Shown here piece by piece: positions 38,601 through 48,700 of a stretch of DNA of 64,000 nt (position 1 is its first letter; each line of letters begins with the position of its first letter). The stretch spans positions 91,576,001 to 91,640,000 of the forward strand of contig CM052817.1 in the NCBI GenBank assembly GCA_028534125.1, given 5' to 3'. Origin of the DNA: Lama glama. Its lineage: Eukaryota. The notes under the pieces are model-generated. The model had not been told where the DNA came from, made no database searches, and worked only from the letters and a program-made list of their open reading frames with translations. Made by a program: the position numbers and the translations under genes.

Positions 38601-39725
38601 ATGCTTAGCATGCACAAGGTGCTGGGTTCAATCCCCAGTACAACCACTTAAAAAATAAATATATAAATAAACCTAACTACCTCCCCACACCAAAAAACCC
38701 CCCAAAAACAAAAAAACAAAAAAAAAAACCCTCTAACAGAAATTTTGTTTCCTCAATTATTATTTCAAAACCTTGATTTCAGTCTTTTTGGAGGAAATTT
38801 TCCAGACTGAAGCCTTCTGTCTGGCAGTAAAAGCACTGAGCGCCCACTTTATTTTACCCAATACATCAGACGCTAAAAACGGGGAGAGTAATAGGGAGAA
38901 AAATTAACACAGCAATGTAAACTAAGCTGCTGCGTCAAGGAGAGACAGTAACTTCTCCATGGCCAAGTCCCACACCCCTCTTAGAAAGACCTAATAGATA
39001 CCTGGGCTTTTATTTCAGTCATGAGACTCTCACTAATTTTTCCGCAAATCCTTTCAGCAGATGTTTCATAACATGATCATTCCTGGGCTTAAGGAAGAAG
39101 GTGACGATGACCTTTGAGAATCTGTCACCACATGGCTTCATCACATGTCGTAAAAGCAGTGATGCTGACCTTCTCCCCTCAAGATATCAGCCCTCATCCA
39201 TCTGGAGAAGCTAACAAGAGTGACCTTTTCAGGTCCTTGCTGATACCATTACTCTCTGAGTCTGTCATTGGACCTAAGCCATGGTGTCAGAGGGGTAGGT
39301 TTAAAAACTAGCGAACTAGTGCCTCAGAAAGAAAAGAGAGTCAATGAATTTCTTTCTGTTCCATAGGTAGCTATTGGCCTAATGCTTCAGCCTGACCTAG
39401 TGCTTTCCCTGGTCATGACCCACATGCAAATCCCTGCATCTGCACGGCACACTGAGGGGACTGGGTGAAACTGGTCGGGGCCAGAGTGACTGGCTTGACA
39501 GAGGGAGGGAGGTGCTTGGAAAGTCTCAGGCGCCACTCTGCCACCTTAGGGCTCATTCCTGGTCCACTGGCTGGGAAGCTCAATCTAACCCTTTAGCACA
39601 CTGTGTCCCAGGTCTGTGTAGCAAGCCCATAACCAACACTTAATTCCACCAAACCTGCTGTCTGTTCCCTCAGAGTCAGTCTATTACTGGGAATGATCAT
39701 CAAACTACCAGACTTAAAGCATGAG

Positions 39726-39766
<41 letters not shown>

Positions 39767-42700
39767 TTGTGTGAATTCTACCCTCTTTTTCACCCCCATA
39801 CTCATTCAGCAAGAATTTTTTTTTTAGTACCAAATTAAGGGAAAGTGCTGTGAAGCGTAGAAGATGAAACAGACACAGATTCTACCCCCATGGAAACCTC
39901 TCCCCTGTAGGGGAAATAAGACATTTATATAAATATATACTTGTTGAGTGAATAAAGGAATAATTGCAGCATGAGGTAAATAGTGACACTTTCTAGAAAA
40001 ACAAGCTATAAATAAACTTCTGTGGAAATGAGGCAGGAAAAGTTTCCCTCTGGACAGGTTATGGGGATCGTGAGAAAAGGAAGCACTGATACCCATCCAG
40101 TAAGAAGGCTCTACGGGACTCAGGCATCCACCAGGGCAGAAGAAAGGAAATAGAATATTTGACCATTTAAATTGTACAGTTTGGGAAGCAGGGAGGGTAT
40201 AGCTCAGTGGTAAAGTGTGTGCTCAGCATGCACGAGATCCTGGGTTTAATCCCCAGCACCTCTGTTAAAAATTTTTTTTTAAAATAAAATAAATAAAAAT
40301 ATAATTAATCCCCTAAAACCTCCATTAAAAAACTTTTTAAAATAAAATAAAATGTACAGTTTATAAGCCAAGTTCTGCTAAAAAGAGGTAGGACGTGGAG
40401 TTGGGGACAATGGGAAAGAGAATTAAAATAAAAATGTATAGAAGTTCTCTGATAGGTTTTTATTGCCCTCCTCAGGCCTCCTTATATCAGATAATTCAGA
40501 TAATTGAGAGCCTGAGGATCTGTTAATATTTTTTAAAGCAACTCACTCCACCTACAGAAAAGGGATTCCAGGTCACAAGCCAATCCCTGAGCTCACCCTT
40601 CAACCATCAGCTTAGACATGTCCTTTCCTGAAGGAATCTCAAGGTTTAGGAAGCTTCAGCTCATCACCAACGTCAGGGGTTTAGTAAGTGCTGCTGTGTC
40701 CCACAGAATCCGAGAGCCTGCCGTGGCTAAATCCATTTGTATTACCCAATCAAGTGGTATGAAAAGAGCTGGCCCTTCCGCGGCTCTGAATTCCTCTAAG
40801 TGCTAGAGAAATTCACACGGCCACTCTTCATCTCTGAAGCTGACACGGTTTCAAAGTCACTGTTGGAAAGCTGGGCAACCCCATCTCTTCTCGAAAGAGG
40901 AAAGTCCTAGATCTTCCCACCTATCCCAAGGCAGTGAGGAGCTTCTGCCTCCAACATTCTCACACAGGAGGTGAAAGCAAGGTAAAAAGAACCCTGCTGC
41001 GAAAAATATTTTAACTAGAGGTAGCACACAGGAAATACCAGTTATGACGTCGTCAGTAAGGTATCACACATGACGTCTAGTCACCCCCACGACAAGCATT
41101 TAAAACCCTGTGAGTCTGGAGCTGTTCACCATCTAGGTCTACCTCTCCATGTCTTCCTGCTTGGACTGTGATGATGTGGCTTTGAAGGACTTTGCTAAAT
41201 ATTCTCTTGACCAATCTCATGAGGAGAGAGAATATTCTGAGAAAATTACGAAGCTGCAGAACCAATTCATTCAGAAGGGGCTGAATCTTCATTCAGGAGA
41301 TCAAGAAACCAGACCACGATGTCTGAGAGGGGCTGAATGCAATGGAGTGAGTGTGCATTGTGCTTGGAAACAAAGCATTCATCTGTCATTACTGGGACTC
41401 TACAAACTGACGCTGACAAAAAAGATCCCCGCTTGGGTGACTTTGTGAGACTTATTATCTGAATGAGCAGGTGAAATCCATCAAAGAGCTGGATGACCAC
41501 CTGACCAACTTGTGCTAGGTGGGGGCCCCTGAATCTGGCACGGTGGGGGCTCTCTCTGACAAGAGGCAGTGACGGCAGAGCTGAGTCTCAGGCCACAGCC
41601 ATGGGGGTGGAACCGAGCAGGACCCTCTGGGGCCATCCTGGGACAGAGCCCTCCTCCATATCCTCTGCTGTAGCTCCTCTCTGAAGGACCCAGATAATAG
41701 TATCTGGTGCACGTTTCCTGAGTTGTTTTACAGATGGAAGAAATTAACTACCTGATGACCATGAGCATGTAGCCCCTAGACCTTCTGGCACCTAAGGATT
41801 GATAGTGTTAACCCGAGACTCTGCCCTGTTACCTCACTGTCAGCCAATCAGAAAATTGTGCACCAGCTGATCACACTCCCTGTGACTCCCCTCCCTCACC
41901 TGGCCTTTAAAAATGCTTCCCTGAAACCCAATGGGGAGTTCGGGTGTTTTGAGCACTAGTTGTCCCAGACTCCTTGTCTGGCGCCCTGCAGTGAACACTG
42001 TACTTTCCTTTACCACAACCCGGTGTCAGTAGATTGGCTTTACTGTGGGGGTGAGTGGACCCAAATTTGGTTCGGTAACTGGGAGTGACTTTCCTGGCCC
42101 CCAAAGCAGTACATGTATGTTGGGGATACTTGGACCTTTTCTCTAAGTTGTACTAAAACATACACTTAAATTCTCTCATTTGTATCATTCCTCCAAAGAA
42201 AGTAATTTGGTACCTACCCCCCCCAAAAAAAACCCAAAACAAAACTGTGAGGGGTACCTGCCATCGAAGAAGAAGAACTTCCCCCGTCCATTCTTTTCTC
42301 CATGAACAAAGTTGCCCTCAAATCTGTCAGTGGAGGAGTAGGTGACGGTGCAGAAGCCGTGTGGTAATCCGTCATCATCCAGGTGCCCTGGAGAAAGGGG
42401 ACCACAAGGCAAACCTTCACATCTTCAACGCTCCCCAGCTCCCCCACCATCATGTCTGCACTCAGATGCTGCCAGCAGGGAAGGGCTCCTGGGGCTGGCT
42501 GCTCAGGGCACTTGCTGGATAGTGAACATCAAGGTTTCTCTGCCTGCATCAGCACTACCAACTTGATTGGGAGGTCCACTTTGTGAACAGACATATGTGA
42601 GAACATGAACCAAAAACAAGCTTGCATTTTACCGGGGACTGGCAGTTATTGTTAATGATAACATCTGCAGTGCATGGTGCCACACACCCACTACTTTCCC

Positions 42701-45700
42701 ACACAGTACTCCTGTTTGGAATTCATGCACCTGAACTCTCATGCTTCACCAAAACGTGGTTGAGGTAGCACCCTGTCTTGGCAGTAAGTTATGTGGTTCT
42801 AGAACTAAGTATACACAATCCGATTTTATGTATCATTATATAGTATGCGGTGGAGCACTGCTAGCCAGGTGCCCTCTAAAACCCCACTGCTCTTTGTTAT
42901 ACTCAGACAACAAGGGATGTAGGTAGCCAAGTCTCTAAAACTGCCCTAATATTTGTACACCTCATTTTACTAACACATCAACTCAGAGTCCTTCTAAGCT
43001 TGAACTTAAGCTTCACCTTGAACTTATTGTTTAACTTTACAAAATCTTTCAGCTTTTGAATGTTCAGTAATAACCTGTCATAGAGCCTCTACCACTGTGG
43101 TCAGAGGGTTTGTGCTTTCAGTGTAGCTAGAAGTATCCACACGGCCATTTAAGCGATGATTCTGAATATCGGCCGCAATTACTATACTGTGATCTTTAAA
43201 TTGCTGGTTTTTCTTGGGTCCCAGATTGGTATATTCTAATATTTATGTTTATAGTCAATGTTTAGGTTTTTATTATTACCTACATATTTCAAAAAACCCA
43301 GGAGTCACCTCACTCATGTCTCCCCAGGCATTCTGGTGAGCTAATTTTGCAGAGGTGGGTAGAAACGAAGGCAGCAGTTAATCTACTGGCTTTTTCCTGG
43401 GTTAATGACCTGAGTCATGGATGAAAAAGGTATAAAAGCATTAAATACTGCGTACAATGCAGGGACATTAAACCCTTAAATGTGGCTTCCAGATGGCTCA
43501 CAGACGTAAAAGAAAGCACAAACCATAACACCACAATGAATGCTTGAGTCTCCTAAAATAATTTCTTCTAAAGTGATAAAAGAATATCATCCTTTAGAAG
43601 AGATAGTAAGCAAGCACTCTCAAAAAAAACAGGAAAGCTCTTTATTTGCGTTATTGATTTTACATAAATGCCAGATAACAACGAACCAATGCACAGCTTT
43701 ATTGCTGCATCTGACTCTGTATAGAATGAATTACCTGAAATATAATAAAACATGGCTAGTTAAGTAAATCACAATCAATTAAGTTTCCCTTCCTTTTAAC
43801 ACAAGTTTTTTTCACCAAGGCCAGGAAATTAATGGTTAGGAGGGAACTAGGGCACAATTGCTCTCTTCTTGCTCAAAAACCAAAAACTATACATGACATA
43901 ATTCAATGACATGTGAGTCATATGAAATAATTTGGACAATTATTTTCTAAATATCGACGGATGACATTTCTCTCATTGAAATAAATTAAATCTACCTTTT
44001 TTCTTTTCATTCAAAAAAAAAAAAAGACCCACTCAGTGTATAGCTAAAAGCTTTCCTTAATGAAATGTTGCTTGGATCAAATTAAATTCAGCTATTAACA
44101 TTCCAACCAATTTAGCGTTCTACTTTTGGTTTAGCTATAACTATCAGAATAATAATTTTAGCCTTGTGAGGTATTTACTAATTTGTTGAAAATGCTTCCC
44201 CCACCCCCAGAAAACAGTTCACATATTCCAGACTTTAAAAAGTTAATGTTTGATAAAATTCCTGATTCGCCTTTAGATAAAGAGAAATATTAAGATAAAC
44301 TTGAACACTGAGGGGGAAAAAATCCAACGTAAATTCATTTCCACCTTTCCTCAGTTGCAACCGTCCTGTCCTGTTTCTGAATAAAACACTGCAGGTGCAC
44401 CCTCAGCAGTGAAATCGAGATCTTTAAGAAAGCTGGAAGCATCCTGTAACACACTGAAAGCACTTGAGGGACAGAGCCGAATCCAACTGGGATGAAAGCA
44501 AAAACGTCAACCCGCTCCGTGAGGGACACGTGTGCCCACACCTCCTTCCGCAGGCCAGCAAAGAGGAGTCCCAACATCTTCTGAGTCTCGAGAGAGAGGA
44601 AGAAAAAAGCTGGTGAATGATGGCTGTTACTCTGGTGACATCATGTCTTTAGAAAGAAGGCCTTGGATGCGCAATGCTCCTATGACCTTCAAAAGGCAGG
44701 TTTCGGCAGCTTGTTGTGAGAAAGTTCTGCAGGCGCCCCCTGTGAGATCACAGTAGAGCCCGCTTGTTGGCTTGTCTGTTTTGTTTTCCTCTCCTCCTTC
44801 CACAAGGAGGATGGTGTGATCCATTAACAGGTTGTGATCAGTTACCGGGAGCAATTAAAAGGAGCTAAAAAATGAAGGGTTGTGATCATTCAAGACTTCT
44901 ACCCAGAATATTTAAAAGCCTGGAGTGGTCTTCCTAGAAGCAGCAGAACTTTATCTCCAGAACAACAGCCCCATCCAAAACAATAACAGCAACGAAGAGG
45001 CTTTCCAAAGAAAGAAATGCAGGGAGGAGTGGAGACTGGGTTGCTGTGACCTCACATCTCCCACTGACGGCAGCGCTAGAGAAGCTTCTGGTACCACGCC
45101 TGCTCGAACGCCACTGGGTCAGTAAGATCATGGAATATTTGTCTTGCCAGTAATAGTCAATTTAATGGAGGGGGATATTGACATACAGAGAAGGAAAAAG
45201 TCTGTGTCCCTACTAGGCACCTGAAACCAGGTTATGTACTTTCCTGTTATCTAAATTAAACCTCACAATAATCCCAACTCTAATCTTACAGATGAGGAAG
45301 CCACTGCTGTGTGCCCAAGAAAGACATTAACCACCACTCTGAATGTGCTAACGGATGCCAACAGCCCTTTCCCCCACTCTTTCCATCTCTTTTCTCTCTA
45401 GATAAGAGTAAACTAGCAGAACACCCCTCTTTCCCATGGATGGTGGAAGGAGGGACCTCTAAAGAGGTCAGTGTTCTCAGGCCCCAGGCAGAGAAGTGGA
45501 AGAAGGCTTTGTAGTTAAGACAGTTCTCACAGAACCACCAGGATAGTCAACAGCACATCCTGGCTGCAAATTCCTGTCCCTCCCAAGTGTTACCCAACTC
45601 AGAGAAACTCGAGTCCTCCTTGCTGTGACTGAGGTCGATGTGTAAAACGCGCCAAGCCAGCCAACAGCCCTCCAGGCCAGTTCCCACTAAACAGAAGTTG

Positions 45701-48700
45701 AACGCAAGCCCCGAACAACAAGGAAAATCCACTTGACTGACTTCTCTGTGTGGGGAATGCTGTCCCAGCTCGTGTGCAGTCTGTCTGTCTGCAGCACGGC
45801 TTTAAATATTTACACAAGTTGGAAAAAGGGGAAAATGTAACAGCCACACAAGTCTCCTTTTTCACTTTGTTCTAAAGATCATTATCTACTGACAAGATAG
45901 AAAGTTCGATTTTTTCCCCTCGAGTTCCCTCTGAGCTTTTTTGTAACCTGATGAGAGCCAGGCCTGCCTTCTGTGCAGTGAGGGTACATCTCAGCAAAGG
46001 AAACTCCCTCTGGATCAGACAGCGGCTGCTTACTGCCTCAGGCATACTCACAAGAGATCTGAGCATGTGTGTGTGTGTTCATGTGCATGTGTGTGTTTCC
46101 CTCAGAACAAGAGGCCCTGACGTGCATGGTTGGTTTTGTAGCTTAAAACTACTTAAAAAAAAAAAGGAGTAATAATAAAAGGCCAACTTATTCTTTTTGG
46201 TGCAAACAATGTACCCTCAAGATGATGCACTTAATGCTGGTTGTTAAAAACAGAATTTGACTTTTGAGAGTAACTCTTTGCAAGAGCTCAATTATTAGTT
46301 GTGAGGGTCCTAATTTTAATGAGGCCCACACAGAGAGGGTGCTACCAGTATACTTAGGAGGCATTTTTTCCTCAGAACAGAGCATGAACAGCCTTAGAGA
46401 CAGGATAAGATATGAGGGGGACTGTTAAAAATATTCTTAATATTTGGAGGGGTTTGGGGCAGTGAAACATGGAGACACTTGTTTTCATTGTGGCTCCTTG
46501 GTTGTGGAGATTCTGCTATTTCCCCTCCTTTTAGTATTCCTCCTCAGTGTCTGCTTGCTAGGTCCCAGCCTTTCTGTTTTCTCCTGCCCTCATAACCGCC
46601 TATCTGGACTGCGGCAAAGAGTCTTCAGGGTGATCACCTCACCTGCTCCCCACAGGCCGCTCATCCTCCCCAGCAGAGCTCCCATTCCTCCATCCCAGCT
46701 CTAAAGCCCCCGTGGTTCCTGGCACGCAGTCCACATTCTCGGCCCTTGACAAGCCTCCTTTCCCTGTCTTCCCCTCCACTTTTCTCCTTCTAGGCGCCCT
46801 GTTACACCAGAGCAATTCCTCTCTGCCCGTGCCTGCAGAGTTCCACACTTTTGTCTTGACTCCCTAACGTCCCTTCTCTACTGGACTCAACTCCACCCCA
46901 CCTCTTCCAGAAAATCCAGCTACTGCCCCAAGCTGGCCACCATTTTTACTTCCTCTCCACCATCATTCGTCTGCTTAGATATGATGTATTTATTTCTAAT
47001 TATATGAGGGACCACTCTTGGTATCTATGAGTAGACCAAAAAATAGATATTGTAATAAAGATTTCTGTTCCAAAGCTAAACATCATTCCCCACTGAACCA
47101 AGGAGCCTCAAAGTTTTTAAAAGGCCACAGCAGGAGCTCAGGTGGAGTTTGCAGGCCTGCTGAGGCCCAGGGCTGCCTTCCCAAAGGAGCAGAGCCAACA
47201 CCTGTACACAGACACCCCCTCCACCACCCACCTGTCCCTGGGGAGTCATGCACTCTGAGCTCAGAGCTTCACCCAAGCTACAGTTCCACCCCGACAGAGA
47301 ACCAAAGTGCATATGATGCGACAAAAGATGTTTACACTCAAGACCTGAAGAGACCAATTTCTTCCCCAAGGTAAATTTCTAAGGAGGAAGAAAAAGAAGA
47401 AAAAGAGTATCTCTTGCAGAGGCAACAGTTAAATTCTCTTTTCCCACATACATTTTTCTGAAAGTCACTGAACTCTTAGAACCAACCTCTTAAGAGTGAC
47501 ACTGATAAAGAGTGACACTGATAAAGAGTGACACTGACAGAACATTTAACTGTTGCTTCCAAACTCAGTCCCTAAGTATTTCATATATTTGACGGAGTCG
47601 TTAAAAATTAAAAAAAAAAAAATAAGAAAAATGTAGGAAGACAGTTTGGTATGGGAGAGTGGGGTTCTGGAAGTCCAAGCCTTTTTCCTACCTTGCTGAG
47701 TGTCCTTGGATTTGTTCTTAACTTCTCTAAGCCTCAGTTGCCTCCTCCATAAAATTAGAATAATATTGGTGCCCACCTCGTGAGACTGAATGGAGAATGT
47801 GTATGTGAAACACTTAGCACAGAGCCTGCACGTAGTGAGAACTAAACAATGACAGCGATAAGTACAGCGAAGACAATGAAACTGCAGAGAACCCAGGCTC
47901 TGTTTATGGAGAGAAGTGGGTTAGCTGGTACTTCAACACCAAGATATTCAGACTAGCCTTTTACCAGTCCCCCATGCATGTGCTAGATATTAAGTAAAGA
48001 CGATTATAGACAGGACCTAAAAGCCCAGGAAAGCCTGCAGAAAAGCCCATTTTTACGTATGCATGCTCTGGGCACTGTGTGAGTTTGAGCCAGGGATGCA
48101 TTTAAAGACTTTTAAAGAGTCCAGGTTACTCTGATCGCTAACTGTTGGGTACAACTGAGTAACCATGTGTCCCAGATTGCTTCAGACATTCAAGGTTTAA
48201 GCCAGTTGTCCCAGCTTAAGTGACCCTTCTCAAGCATATTCAGATCTCAGATGATGTATGTGGTCACCGTACATAACACCGTACTTAACAGAAACTTTCT
48301 TGCTTATATAAAGCCATTTCTCTGCTTCTGTCCATTGGACAGTCTCAAAAACAGCACTAGTACATTTCTGAAACTGCTTGTTCACCTTCAGCAAGGAGCC
48401 GGGGATTATGGCTAACTGGGCCTTGTGTTTCTAAACAGCTTCAAAAGGGAGGGGAGGTTTAAGCTGGGGAGCACTGCCTGTGATCAAAAGTGTGCATTAT
48501 GTTTTTATGGGTAAAAGTAAACTTTGAAGAATGAGAGCAAGCCCTAACAATTTGAGACAAGCATTTTCCAATTATCTTTCATAATATAAGGCACAAGAAG
48601 TCAATACTTTAAATTTAAAGAAGACATCCAATGGATCGACTCAATCAATGTCTTTGGGCTCCAGTAAGTCCCAATGTTGGCTTTACTTATTAGAGATAAA

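Noticed and set aside
41149..41448. 99-aa ferritin-like ORF as a functional gene
   Set aside because: It is 5'-truncated (no IRE or N-terminus), has an upstream in-frame TAG, and frameshifts after KLQNQ.
47492..47537. CRISPR-like array
   Set aside because: The units are directly abutting with no spacers, in eukaryotic DNA, so this is a simple minisatellite.
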